A stretch of 64,000 nucleotides of DNA from Candidatus Babeliales bacterium (GTDB lineage Bacteria; Babelota; Babeliae; Babelales; JANWKD01), in contig CAVRJO010000002.1 in assembly GCA_963722255.1 (NCBI GenBank), positions 416,001 to 480,000 on the forward strand, written 5' to 3'. The position numbers and the translations under genes are program-made. Positions 1 to 10,987 of the stretch are shown here, piece by piece. The notes under the pieces are model-generated. The model worked only from the letters and a program-made list of their open reading frames with translations, ran no database searches and was not told the origin of the DNA. Within the stretch, counting starts at the first letter, position 1. Each line of letters starts with the position of its first letter.

Positions 1-2
1 CA

Positions 3-3000
3 TCCTTGATTTAGTAAAATTTCATTAAGAACAGTAAACGTTCCATTGAAATCATTAGTAATTGTTTGCTTAATGTCGGCAAGCACCGTGAAGGTATTTA
101 CCGCAGTCGAGTTGATAGCGGCAATGGCGGTGAATGTTCCGTTGAATTCAGTGAAAGTCCCATTAAAATCATTGGTGATGGTTTGCTTAATATCGGCAAG
201 CACTGTAAAGGTATTTACCGCAGTCAAACTGATAGCGGCAATGGCGGTGAATGTTCCATTGAATTCAGTAAACGTCCCATTGAAATCGTTGGTTATCGTT
301 TGTTTAATATCAGCAAGCGCAGTGAATGTTCCATTAAATTCATTAGTAATATTAGTGCAACATGCATTCAATGCCGTGAAGGTTCCGTTAAAGTCGTTAG
401 TTATCGTTTGTTTAATGTCGGCAAGCACCGTAAAAGTGTTTACCGCAGTCAAATTGATAGCGTCAATAGCAGTAAAGGTTCCATTAAAATCATTAGTAAT
501 TGTTTGCTTAATATCTGCAAGCACCGTAAAGGTATTTACTGCACTCAAATTGATAGCAGCAATAGCAGTAAACGTCCCATTGAAATCATTTGTTATCGTT
601 TGTTTAATATCAGCAAGCGCAGTGAATGTTCCATTAAATTCATTGGTAATATTAGTGCAACATGCATTGAGTGCCGTGAAAGTACCATTAAATTCATTAG
701 TAATTGTTTGCTTAATATCTGCAAGCACCGTGAAGGTATTTATTGCACTCAAATTGATAGCAGCAATGGCAGTAAATGTTCCATTGAATTCAGTAAACGT
801 CCCGTTGAAATCATTAGTTATCGTTTGTTTGATATCAGCAAGTGCAGTGAATGTTCCATTAAATTCATTGGTGATATTAGTGCAACATGCATTGAGTGCT
901 GTGAAGGTGCCATTAAAATCATTGGTAATTGTTTGCTTAATATCTGCAAGCACTGTGAAGGTATTTACTGCATTTAAATTGATAGCGGCAATGGTGGTGA
1001 ATGTCTCATTAAAGTCATTAGTTATCGTTTGTTTGATATCTGCAAGCGCAGTGAACGTTCCATTAAATTCATTGGTAATATTAGTGCAGCATGCATTCAA
1101 TGCCGTGAAGGTTCCATTAAAATCATTAGTGATGGTTTGTTTAATGTCGGCAAGCACGGTGAAAGTATTTACTGCACTCAAATTGATAGCAGCAATAGCG
1201 GTAAATGTTCCATTAAAGTCGTTAGTCACCGTTTGTTTGATATCTGCTAGCGCAGTGAAGGTGCCATTAAATTCATTAGTAATTGTTTGCTTAATATCTG
1301 CAAGCACTGTAAAGGTATTTACTGCAGTCAAATTGATAGCGGCAATGGCAGTAAATGTTCCATTGAACTCAGTGAAAGTCCCATTGAAATCATTTGTTAT
1401 TGTTTGTTTGATATCTGCAAGCGCAGTGAATGTTCCATTAAATTCATTAGTAATATTAGTGCAACACGCATTAAGTGCCGTGAAGGTACCATTGAAATCA
1501 TTAGTAATTGTTTGCTTAATATCAGCAAGCACGGTGAAAGTATTTACTGCACTAAAATTGATAGCAGCGATAGCAGTGAAAGTACCGTTAAAGTCATTAG
1601 TAATATTAGTGCAACATGCATTGAGTGCCGTAAACGTTCCATTAAAATCATTAGTGATTGTTTGCTTAATGTCGGCAAGCACTGTGAAGGTATTTACTGC
1701 ACTAAAATTGATAGCAGCAATAGCTGTAAATGTTCCATTAAATTCAGTAAAAATACCATTGAAATCATTAGTAATTGTTTGCTTAAGATCAGCGATTGCT
1801 GTGTAGGTGCCAAGGAATCCAGCATTCAATACAGTAAATATTGCAGTAGTATCATTAAGTAATATCGTGTTCAATACTGTGAAAGTGCCATTAAAATCAT
1901 TGGTGATGGTTTGCTTAATATCGGCAAGCACTGTGAAGGTATTTACTGCACTAAAATTGATAGCGGCAATAGCAGTAAACGTTCCATTAAAGTCGTTGGT
2001 TATCGTTTGCTTAATATCCGCCAATATTGTCCAAGTATTGGCAAAATCATTAGCGAGGTTGGTGCAACATGCATTGAGTGCTGTGAAGGTGCCGTTAAAA
2101 TCATTGGTGATGGTTTGCTTGATATCTGCAAGCACTGTAAAAGTATTTACTGCATTCAAATTGATAGCAGCAATAGCAGTGAAAGTCCCATTAAAATCGT
2201 TAGTTATCGTTTGTTTGATATCGGCAAGTGCAGTGAATGTTCCGTTGAATTCATTGGTGATATTAGTGCAGCACGCATTGAGTGCCGTAAACGTTCCATT
2301 AAAATCATTAGTGATTGTTTGCTTAATGTCGGCAAGCACTGTGAAGGTATTTACTGCACTAAAATTGATAGCGGCAATGGCAGTAAAGGTTCCATTAAAA
2401 TCGTTGGTTACCGTTTGTTTGATATCAGCTAATATTGTCCAGGTATTTGCAAAATCATTAGAGAGGTTGGTGCAACATGCATTGAGTGCAGTAAAGGTGC
2501 CATTAAAATCATTAGTAATTGTTTGTTTGATGTCAGCTAAAACTGTCCAGGTAAAATCAAAATCGTTTTGAATAGTAGCACAGCAGGTTGTTAAAGTAGT
2601 ATCAAGATCATGAAGAGTTGAGTAAACACCAGAAAGGTCGCATGATCCTGTAGAAATAGCAGCAATAGCAGTAAATGTTCCGTTGAAATCAGTAGTTATT
2701 GTTGTTTTGATATCGGCTAATATTGTCCAGGTGAAATCAAAATCGTTTTGAATAGTGGCACTGCAGGTTGTTAAAGTAGTATCAAGATCATGAAGAGTTG
2801 TGTAAACACCAGAAAGGTCGCATGATCCTGCAACAATAGCCGCAATAGAAGTGAAAGTCCCATTAAAATCTGTAGTGATAGTTTGTTTGATATCGGCTAA
2901 TATTGTCCAGGTGAAATCAAAATCATTTTGAATAGTGGCACAGCAGGTTGTTAAAGTGGTATCAAGATCATGAAGAGTTGTGTAAACACCAGAAAGATCG

Positions 3001-3692
3001 CATGATCCTGTAGAAATAGCAGCAATAGCAGTAAATGTTCCATAGAAATCAGTGGTTATTGTTGTTTTGATATCATTCAGCGTGGTGTAAACACCGGAGA
3101 GATCACAAGTGCCTGCAACAATAGCTGCAATAGCAGTAAAAGTGCCATTAAAATCTGTAGTGATTGTTTGTTTGATATCAGCAAGAATTGAGAAGGTTTG
3201 CGCAAAATCGGCTAAAAGTTCATCACAGCAGTTTGATTGATTGTTACAACAATTAATGATAAGTAACTTAATGCTTTCTAAAAATTCTAATATTGGCGTT
3301 AAGTTACATGTTACTAGAGCTGAACCGACAGCTCCCGGACTATCAACTGGTGCATCAGGACGAGGTGCTTTTGAACTTTTAAGTTGCTCTTCTAAGCCCT
3401 GAATAAGTTCAGGAAATGCACAAATAAGATCTTCTTTAAAAACAGTTAATTCACCTTGTGCAAGTCTTTCATAGCATCGTATCAAATTTTCAGATACAGT
3501 GTTGATACTATTATTTGCTAATGCATTTGTAAGTATGCTTTCAAGGAAATCTATAAAGGTATCAGGTACGGTATACGTTTCATTATTTTCTAAAATTGTG
3601 CCTTGTTGAGCTGTTACTAGTAGGGGTTGTAGAAATAAGGTTATTAACAAAAAAATGTCTAATAACTTTTTTAGTTTTTTTAATAGCTTCAT
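3..3692 (-). CDS. Secreted Cys-Cys/FNGTFT-repeat fibre-like protein, paralog 1 (3' end runs off the window; at least 1230 aa)
   Basis: Absent from the ORF track because no stop lies in the window. ATG at 3692 gives MKLLKKLKKLLDIFLLITLFLQPLVVTAQ (signal-like), then RCYERL...KAPRPDAP...CCNNQSNCC, closely matching 15030. Codon phase at both ends agrees (last codons ...NDFNGTFTVLNEILLNQG). Confidence 0.9.
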   Translation of the reverse strand, partial: MKLLKKLKKLLDIFLLITLFLQPLLVTAQQGTILENNETYTVPDTFIDFLESILTNALANNSINTVSENLIRCYERLAQGELTVFKEDLICAFPELIQGLEEQLKSSKAPRPDAPVDSPGAVGSALVTCNLTPILEFLESIKLLIINCCNNQSNCCDELLADFAQTFSILADIKQTITTDFNGTFTAIAAIVAGTCDLSGVYTTLNDIKTTITTDFYGTFTAIAAISTGSCDLSGVYTTLHDLDTTLTTCCATIQNDFDFTWTILADIKQTITTDFNGTFTSIAAIVAGSCDLSGVYTTLHDLDTTLTTCSATIQNDFDFTWTILADIKTTITTDFNGTFTAIAAISTGSCDLSGVYSTLHDLDTTLTTCCATIQNDFDFTWTVLADIKQTITNDFNGTFTALNACCTNLSNDFANTWTILADIKQTVTNDFNGTFTAIAAINFSAVNTFTVLADIKQTITNDFNGTFTALNACCTNITNEFNGTFTALADIKQTITNDFNGTFTAIAAINLNAVNTFTVLADIKQTITNDFNGTFTALNACCTNLANDFANTWTILADIKQTITNDFNGTFTAIAAINFSAVNTFTVLADIKQTITNDFNGTFTVLNTILLNDTTAIFTVLNAGFLGTYTAIADLKQTITNDFNGIFTEFNGTFTAIAAINFSAVNTFTVLADIKQTITNDFNGTFTALNACCTNITNDFNGTFTAIAAINFSAVNTFTVLADIKQTITNDFNGTFTALNACCTNITNEFNGTFTALADIKQTITNDFNGTFTEFNGTFTAIAAINLTAVNTFTVLADIKQTITNEFNGTFTALADIKQTVTNDFNGTFTAIAAINLSAVNTFTVLADIKQTITNDFNGTFTALNACCTNITNEFNGTFTALADIKQTITNDFNETFTTIAAINLNAVNTFTVLADIKQTITNDFNGTFTALNACCTNITNEFNGTFTALADIKQTITNDFNGTFTEFNGTFTAIAAINLSAINTFTVLADIKQTITNEFNGTFTALNACCTNITNEFNGTFTALADIKQTITNDFNGTFTAIAAINLSAVNTFTVLADIKQTITNDFNGTFTAIDAINLTAVNTFTVLADIKQTITNDFNGTFTALNACCTNITNEFNGTFTALADIKQTITNDFNGTFTEFNGTFTAIAAISLTAVNTFTVLADIKQTITNDFNGTFTEFNGTFTAIAAINSTAVNTFTVLADIKQTITNDFNGTFTVLNEILLNQG
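30..3200 (-). repeat. Irregular tandem array of coding modules (18, 14 and 7 aa; 54/42/21 bp)
   Basis: Modules LADIKQTITNDFNGTFTA, LNACCTNITNEFNGTFTA, IAAIN(L/F)(S/T)AVNTFTV and EFNGTFT occur in shuffled order; copies differ mostly at third codon positions. Confidence 0.9.
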
Positions 3693-4024
3693 TTAATACC
3701 TTCTAAACTCTTTTTAAAAAAAATCGCGTCTATTTGTTATTATGTAATCAAAAAACAGACTATGAAATGACGGCATACAATTTCAATGGTTATACAGTAA
3801 ATTTTTAAGGGATTATATGAAATTCTCACTAAGAATTTATTCTAACTTTTTGTTTATTGGAATGACAAAAACAGTACAAGATTCAACAACAATTTGAAAA
3901 GAATATAAGAAGTTCTTTTGACAATAGAATTTCGCTTATTTGAGAGAAAAAAATTAATCAAGAGACTGATAGCACCATCGAACCCGCCTAATTCTATTGT
4001 CCCTAATTCTATTATCAAAGAGAT

Positions 4025-5128
4025 CTAGAGTTTAAATATACTTAATAATGTTTTATCTAATTTTTCTAATTCAAAATCAAGATCTTTTTGAAGCATGAGC
4101 CCTGTTTTGGCATCAATATGCGTAATAACAGAAACACTATTAAGAATTCCGTAACGAATTGCCGTTTCTACAGATCCAAATCGAGCTATTCCTGCTACAA
4201 ATGCGGACCCAAATGCATCTCCTGCCCCTAATGTATTTACCACCTTTATGGGGAAACTAGGATGAAAATAGATTGTATTTTCAGAATAGACATAAACACC
4301 TTCAGCACCATTAGTAACCACTACAATTTTAGGACCACGAGCGGCTACGGCTTTGAAATAGTTGATCAGATTGAAGCATTCATCATGGGAATTGTATACT
4401 TCACTCAATAAAAATGGCATTTTTTGAGTAGCATTATGCATATCAAACTTCAAATTCAATGGCCCTGTCAAGTCAGAATGGGCAAGAGAAATCATAAATT
4501 GACGAGCTTCTTCTTTGTTTAAAATCAAAATATCGATATTTGGTAAAGCACGGCATAATGCAACAGCGCCTGCCAAAAGTTGGCTTCGACCTGGATTATT
4601 TGCCACAACCAACCCATCAGATTTTGCTTGTTCAGTTATTGGTAAAAGATGATGTGAAGATTCACCACTCAAAGAGGTGATATAGAGATACGAATAGTTT
4701 TTTAATTTTTGCAAAGGAAGTTCATTTGTTTGAATCTTTGTATTACTTCCTCGAAAGGCTAAAACAGTTCGCTCTCCTTTAAAAGAAGGAATAATAAATG
4801 AAATACCGGTTTGACCATTTTTATCAACGACGCAATCCTGAACTGATATCCCCTCATTTTTTAACGCCTCTAAAATCATAGAGCCTTGACTATCTTCACC
4901 TATTTTAAAAAACGAAGAAACATCAAATCCTAAACGTTTGAATGAAACGGCTGAATTAGTTGCTCCACCTCCTGTTGAGTATCTAATTCTATCAATCTCA
5001 ATTTTCGATCCTTCCTGCAATAACAGGAAGGATTCTTTTTCATTTTTGCGACAAAATTCAATCGTTTGTATATCCTCATGATGAATAAAAATATCCTGAG
5101 AAGCACCACCGAGCGTTAATATTTTCAT
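4025..5128 (-). CDS. PfkB/ribokinase-family carbohydrate kinase
   Basis: GGGATNSAV near the N-terminus and the NTLGAGDAFGSAF anion-hole motif. Confidence 0.9.
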   Translation of the reverse strand: MKILTLGGASQDIFIHHEDIQTIEFCRKNEKESFLLLQEGSKIEIDRIRYSTGGGATNSAVSFKRLGFDVSSFFKIGEDSQGSMILEALKNEGISVQDCVVDKNGQTGISFIIPSFKGERTVLAFRGSNTKIQTNELPLQKLKNYSYLYITSLSGESSHHLLPITEQAKSDGLVVANNPGRSQLLAGAVALCRALPNIDILILNKEEARQFMISLAHSDLTGPLNLKFDMHNATQKMPFLLSEVYNSHDECFNLINYFKAVAARGPKIVVVTNGAEGVYVYSENTIYFHPSFPIKVVNTLGAGDAFGSAFVAGIARFGSVETAIRYGILNSVSVITHIDAKTGLMLQKDLDFELEKLDKTLLSIFKL

Positions 5129-5139
5129 AGGCGATAGTA

Positions 5140-7501
5140 TTATGCTTTCTTTTGTTTTTCCATAAGCACATGATCAAGTACCTCCTGAGCATGATTTACC
5201 CAAATTATATTAACACCTTGTGCGATTTCTTCAAAGCCAACAAGATCATTTTTATTTTTTTGCGGTAAAATAACATAAGGAACTTTGTTACGTTTGGCTG
5301 CTAATATTTTTTCCTTAACGCCGCCTATCGGCATTACATTTCCTCTCAAATTCAACTCACCAGTCATTGCATATTGCGCATTAATTGGCTTATGAGTTAA
5401 TGCTGAAAGAATAGAAGTAAGCATAGTTACGCCAGCTGAAGGACCGTCTTTTGGAACACCGCCTGCAGGCACATGTATATGTAAATCATAATTCGTAAAC
5501 ATATCCTTAGAAATACCAAACTCTTTTGCATGTGCTCGTGCATAACTCAAAGCTGCCTGTGCAGACTCTTTCATAACCGATCCAAGCTGGCCGGTCAATA
5601 AGAGTTTGCCCTTGCCCGGCATGACTAATGCTTCAATTTTTATCATTTCTCCGCCAAAAGAAGTCCATGCAAGACCATTGGTAATACCAATTCTATTTTC
5701 ACAATCAACGATATCATCTAAAAATCTTCGAGGGCCTAAATATTTATCCAAATTTTCTTAAGTAAAAACTAAATGCTGGTTATCTTCAACTATAGAACGA
5801 GCTGCCTTACAACAAAGCTTACGCATGGTTCTTTCCAGTTGTCGCACCCCTGCTTCACGAGTGTAATTAGTGATAACATCCAGTATTATATCATCTTCAA
5901 AAGCAATATTGGAATTTTCAAGGCCGGAATCATAAATCGCTTTTTTTACAAGATGTAGTTTACATATGTGCAATTTTTCAGTTACGGTATATCCGGAAAG
6001 CTGGATAATTTCCATACGATCTCGTAATGGTTCAGAAATGGTTTCAAGATTATTGGCAGTTGCAATAAAAATCACTTTTGAAAGGTCAAATGCAATTCCT
6101 AAATAGTTATCATAAAATGTTTTATTTTGATGTGGATCCAGGACCTCAAGCATAGCTGCTGAAGGATCACCTCTAAAATCAGCACCAATTTTATCAAGCT
6201 CATCGATAATGATTACCGGATTTGATGAGGCTACTTTTCTAAAACCTTGTATAAATCTTCCCGGCATTGCGCCAACATAAGTTCTTCGATGACCTCTAAT
6301 TTCTGCTTCATCTTTAACGCCACCTAAAGATACTCTAAAATATTCGCGTCCTAAGCTTTTTGCAATAGATTTTCCCAATGAAGTTTTACCGGTTCCTGGA
6401 GGACCCGCAAAACATAAAATCGGTGTATATCCGTCTTTTTTAAGATTGTCGTATTGAGATAAAATCTAAAATTCTTTCTTTAATATCATTAAGACCATAA
6501 TGATCTTCATCAAGTATGCCTTTTGCATGCTTAATATCAAGATTATCTACCGTCTCTTTTCCCCATGGCAAAGCTAAAATCCATTCAAGATAATTTCTCG
6601 TTACTGATGCTTCCATAGAATCCGGAGCAGTTCTTTCAAGACGATTTAATTGTCTTATTACTTCAGTGTATGCTTCTTCTGGTAAGGTTAATTGCTCAAG
6701 CTTAGCGCGCATCGCTTCGATTTCTTCATGATCATCTTCGCCCAAGTTCTTTTTTTATTGCTTTCATTTGTTCACGTAAATAAAATTCTTTTTGTGATTT
6801 ATTCATAGATTCACGAGCTCGATTTTTAATTCTTTCTTGAATTTCAGCAACTTCTAATTCTCGCGTTAAAAAGAAATATAATCCCTTCTAGGAACTCTTT
6901 ATTTGTTTGCGTCTCTAAAAGATCTTGGGCTCTGTCAACATTTAAATTAAGATGCGAAATATAAAATCAGCTATTTTTTCAGCGTCATTGCATTTTAGAG
7001 ATAATATCATATGAAAATCGGGACTAAGCATATGTCCTGAAGTTGCTCATTTTTTCAGCCAATTCTTTAATATTTTTGATTTGTGCCAATAACTTCAGGA
7101 TGCATTTGCTAATGATCTTGATCAAATGGCTCAACTAGAGCATTAAGCGATTCTTCATGTGCTAATATTTCTTTACTTTTGCTTTACAAATCCCTTGAAC
7201 AAAATTTTAATACCACCTTCTGGAATTTTAATAAGTCGCATTATAGATGCAACTGTACCTACTTCATATAAATCTTTAGTGCCTATGGCTCCTTGATAAT
7301 TATCGATTCTTTTTTTAGCAGCTAACAGCATAATCTATTTTTGAATTTTCTACTGCAGTGCTGGATGCCCTTGATGATCTTTTCATCAAGAACTAAAAAT
7401 GGAACAATCATATGTGGAAATACAACCACATCCATAGTGGGTATGACCGGCAATATTTCTGGAATTTTTTCTTGAACATTCTTGATTGACAATGTCTTCA
7501 T
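5140..7501 (-). CDS. lon: ATP-dependent Lon protease (multiple frameshifts, probably sequencing errors)
   Basis: ATG at 7501 (MKTLSIK...[11 protein letters not shown]); Walker [11 protein letters not shown] near 6380-6410; [32 protein letters not shown]. Confidence 0.93.
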
Positions 7502-7663
7502 TAGTCCCCCTGAATTAATGTAAATGAACCAATTCTATTATGCTCTATAACAGATTGAACATTTTGATCCCTTAGAAAACAGTCTACTCAAATGTCCCAA
7601 ATGAAAACAAGAATTAACACACTCTATGAATTTCAAAATGACAAATAATTCAAAAACAATAAG

Positions 7664-8236
7664 TTATTGGATAATCTTCTTTTTGGGAGGTATTGCAAAA
7701 GATTGAAATGCTTGTTTTTTATGGATTTGCTCTCTTTTTTGAGTAATAGTATCAAAAAGTATCGTTGCATGAAAAACATTACTGCTCATTATACTACCAT
7801 CTGAACCTATTTTATGGTTCTCATCCTTCGATTTTTCTATTTCTTTTATTGTTGCATCCCAGACAAATTCAGAAACATAGGCAACTTTTCTTTTTTTTAG
7901 TGAAAAAAAATTCTTCCTTGATTTAACAGTATATTGTTTTGATTTTTCAATCCCATCATAAAAACTATTTTTCACAAGATCCATTTCAACATCACCTACA
8001 TATTTATCTAGCAGAATTAACTCTTTTTGGTATGCTTCTTGTTCAAGTTTATCTTTATTTTTTTCCAACGTAGTAATAACCCCATTTAATTCTTCTAGAA
8101 GATTAATCCCAAATAAGGTACATTTACTTGAATTCTTTCTAAGTTCTTCATAATCGACTATTGGTCCTTCCATACATAAGGAATTGCAAAAACAACCCAA
8201 AACAAAGATCACCACTCTGTAAAAGTTTTTGGTCAT
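7664..8236 (-). CDS. Secreted hypothetical protein (signal peptide ending LC-ME)
   Basis: 190-aa ORF with upstream aggag RBS and hydrophobic N-terminus; no recognised domain. Confidence 0.7.
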   Translation of the reverse strand: MTKNFYRVVIFVLGCFCNSLCMEGPIVDYEELRKNSSKCTLFGINLLEELNGVITTLEKNKDKLEQEAYQKELILLDKYVGDVEMDLVKNSFYDGIEKSKQYTVKSRKNFFSLKKRKVAYVSEFVWDATIKEIEKSKDENHKIGSDGSIMSSNVFHATILFDTITQKREQIHKKQAFQSFAIPPKKKIIQ

Positions 8237-8350
8237 AAACTCTCCTTTTTCTCTTTTTTTCGATTCATAATTTATATTAGCAGATGCTCAGGTATAAAAT
8301 AAAGCTTAATGATATGACATTTTCATAAAAAAGTTGTATAGTATAAGTAT

Positions 8351-9325
8351 ATGGATATCAATTTAATTATTCAATTTGTTAAAAATAATACTCTTCTTAC
8401 AACTTCCGATACCGTTATCTTAGGATTATCGGGAGGCCCCGATTCTGTCTTTTTACTCTATTTTCTCAAAGAAGCTCAGAAGAATCTTGGATTTTCTCTT
8501 GTTGCTGCCCATCTTGATCATGGATGGCGCGTCGAATCGGCCAACGATCTCATTTTTTGTGAAAATGTCTGTAAAGCATTAGATATCCCATTTGTAAGCG
8601 CTCAAGCGTCGGAACTTTCTATTAACTTTAAAAAGAATGGGTCTCAAGAAGCTTTGGGAAGGGTTTTACGTCAACATTTTTTAGAAACTATACGAAAACA
8701 GTATAATGGCACAAAAATTGCCGTTGCCCATCACAAGCAAGACCAGCAAGAAACATTTTTTATTCGGCTTATTCGAGGATCTTCACTTACGGGTCTTACT
8801 GCCATGAAACCTAAGGCGGGCTTTTATATTCGTCCCTTATTGCAAACAAGCAAATCTGATATTCTTGCCTATTTGCATGAACATAATATCCCTTACCTAA
8901 CAGATTCTACTAATGCTTCTGAAAATTTTTTACGCAATAGAATTCGTTTAAATGTTTTACCCGCTTTACAAAAGGTCGATACTCGTTTTGATACAAATTT
9001 TTTAAGCACTTTAGAATCTTTACAAGAAACAGAACAGTTTTTACAAAACTTAACAGTAAAAACCTATGAAGAATTAGTGGTTGATAGTTCAAATTTTCTT
9101 TGCTTGTCAAAGCTTTTGGCTCTTGATGATTTTTTACAAAACCGCATTATTTTGCATTGGCTCATTGAAAATAAGGTTACGTTTACGCCATCTCAAAGCT
9201 TTTTAGAAGAGATTCGAAAATTTTTGCACCAAACTAAAAGCAGTTCTCATATGATTCATACGAATTGGATGATATTTAAAAAACAAAAAAATGTTTTTAT
9301 CAAAAAAATTGAAAAACAATTTTAA
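8351..9325 (+). CDS. tilS: tRNA(Ile)-lysidine synthetase
   Basis: SGGPDS PP-loop, HLDHGWR, AHHKQDQQET, IRPLL, DSTN, RNRIR. Confidence 0.95.
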   Translation: MDINLIIQFVKNNTLLTTSDTVILGLSGGPDSVFLLYFLKEAQKNLGFSLVAAHLDHGWRVESANDLIFCENVCKALDIPFVSAQASELSINFKKNGSQEALGRVLRQHFLETIRKQYNGTKIAVAHHKQDQQETFFIRLIRGSSLTGLTAMKPKAGFYIRPLLQTSKSDILAYLHEHNIPYLTDSTNASENFLRNRIRLNVLPALQKVDTRFDTNFLSTLESLQETEQFLQNLTVKTYEELVVDSSNFLCLSKLLALDDFLQNRIILHWLIENKVTFTPSQSFLEEIRKFLHQTKSSSHMIHTNWMIFKKQKNVFIKKIEKQF

Positions 9326-9507
9326 TGCACTAAGCCTTTTTATCTGCCTTTTTTATTTTTATTATATGCTAAATATTGGCAATTCAAATTGTCCAGCAGG
9401 CTGCTGGACTTTTTCATAAGCCAAGTAAAAGCCTCGCATATAAAAAATGTTTGATCGGGAAAAACCCGCTAATCCAGGAAATTCTTTTTGTATATCTTCA
9501 GCTCAAA

Positions 9508-10143
9508 TTATTCCCCAAATTTCAAATACAATGCATAGCAAACTGGCATTGCTAAAGCAAATCCTATGGCGCCGTAACCAATTTTAGAAAGCATACTTGG
9601 TTCCGAATGTCTTATTCCGGGATCAATAATGAGATTTGTACCTTGCAAAAGATTATCGGTTGTAAACTTTTTAGTTGTATGATTTATGGGACAATTTCGT
9701 AATATCTGTGAAAAGGTATCAATATACACACCCTCAAACAAACCATAAAATCCAATATCACACAGAACTTCACAAAAATTATCTGATCGCTCTATTCTTT
9801 TCGCAACAAAATCTTTTACTAAAGAATAACTATGTACATGCAAATCAATAAGGTAATTACCATCTTCTAGTTTATATACTTCAATCTGATTAAAATAATC
9901 ACATACAAATTTATTACTTTGATCTTTTGCACGTAATCCAAAGCCTGCTTCAGCAAGGGTTAAGCTTTCGCAACCTTCAATATCTGCATTTTCTAAGCGT
10001 TCTTTTTCTGCTCGAGCTCGTTCTTTTCTTACATGATTACGTTCTGCCCTATCACATTTTTTCTCAAATTCACGACTCTTCATACAATTACCTGAAGAAA
10101 CGAACCCACAAAAAATCAGTAACGCTACTATTTTATGATTCAT
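9508..10143 (-). CDS. Secreted/membrane hypothetical protein
   Basis: Signal-like N-terminus (NC-MK) and a C-terminal hydrophobic helix. Confidence 0.7.
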   Translation of the reverse strand: MNHKIVALLIFCGFVSSGNCMKSREFEKKCDRAERNHVRKERARAEKERLENADIEGCESLTLAEAGFGLRAKDQSNKFVCDYFNQIEVYKLEDGNYLIDLHVHSYSLVKDFVAKRIERSDNFCEVLCDIGFYGLFEGVYIDTFSQILRNCPINHTTKKFTTDNLLQGTNLIIDPGIRHSEPSMLSKIGYGAIGFALAMPVCYALYLKFGE

Positions 10144-10238
10144 TGATAAACCTCAACTGACAAAAAAATGTTTATAAATCAACAAAAATTCTAATAAAAG
10201 TATAATGATAGTTGTGATTTAGTAAACAAGCTTGTAGT

Positions 10239-10565
10239 ATGGAAAATAAAAAATACTATTTTTTTGAAATAAATAAAAATATGATTAAAGAACAAGAAAC
10301 AATAATTCGTTTATTGGATGCTCTCTACCCCGGTGTAAAAATTTATCTGTTTGGTTCACGTGCTCGTGGTACAGCAAAACATTATTCAGATATTGATTTA
10401 GCAATCGATACCGGCAAAAAACTAAATTTTTTAGAAATTGCTAAAGCAAAAAATGTTATTGATGGTTTAAATATGGCTGTAACCACTGATATTGTTGATA
10501 TGAACTCTATTCCTGAAACGCTTCGTGCGACCATTCTTAAAGAAGGAATTGTATGGAAAAATTAA
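10239..10565 (+). CDS. Minimal nucleotidyltransferase (MNT) antitoxin
   Basis: LFGSRARG...SDIDLAID motif; overlaps the downstream HEPN gene. Confidence 0.9.
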   Translation: MENKKYYFFEINKNMIKEQETIIRLLDALYPGVKIYLFGSRARGTAKHYSDIDLAIDTGKKLNFLEIAKAKNVIDGLNMAVTTDIVDMNSIPETLRATILKEGIVWKN

Positions 10566-10987
10566 AAGAACGCTATGATAATTTGCTCAAAGCATATAGC
10601 AGATTAAATCATATGATTAACCGTTTTTTAGAATTTTCCCATAAAATGCAACCAAAAACGTGTGTTGATGAGGACGATTGCCTTGCATTTAGAGATGCGA
10701 TGATCCAACGCTTTGAATTTTGCTTTGATTTAACTTGGAAATTATTAAAGATTTATTTAGAAAATAACTATGGGATAGAAGTTGCATCACCAAAAAAAGT
10801 TTTCCAAGAATGCATTAAGCAAAACCTTGTACCTGAAGATAAAAGTGATCTTCTCTTAGAAATGGTTGAAGCTCGTAACAATACTTCTCACAATTATGAT
10901 GAAGAAATTGCTCATGAAATTGCCCAAAAAATTCCACAATATTATGAACTTTTAAAAACAATAATTACGCCTCTTAAAGTAAAGTAA
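10553..10987 (+). CDS. HEPN / nucleotidyltransferase substrate-binding protein (HI0074-like), toxin of an MNT-HEPN pair
   Basis: DAMIQRFEFCFDLTWK, SPKKVF, and the R-X4-H motif RNNTSHNY. Confidence 0.9.
   Translation: MEKLKERYDNLLKAYSRLNHMINRFLEFSHKMQPKTCVDEDDCLAFRDAMIQRFEFCFDLTWKLLKIYLENNYGIEVASPKKVFQECIKQNLVPEDKSDLLLEMVEARNNTSHNYDEEIAHEIAQKIPQYYELLKTIITPLKVK

Noticed and set aside
46..2571. Long plus-strand ORFs (586, 303 and 254 aa)
   Set aside because: Antisense shadows of the minus-strand repeat gene; a stop-free repeat unit propagates open frames, and the signal peptide and N-domain are on the minus strand.
9390..9410. Hairpin gtccagcag-g-ctgctggac as an ncRNA
   Set aside because: A short isolated palindrome between convergent genes; nothing supports more than a terminator-like element.
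10159..10195. Possible duplicate of the tilS 3' region (acaaaaaaatgttt) bounding the 9508 gene
   Set aside because: The match is about 14 bp of low-complexity AT sequence and could be chance.
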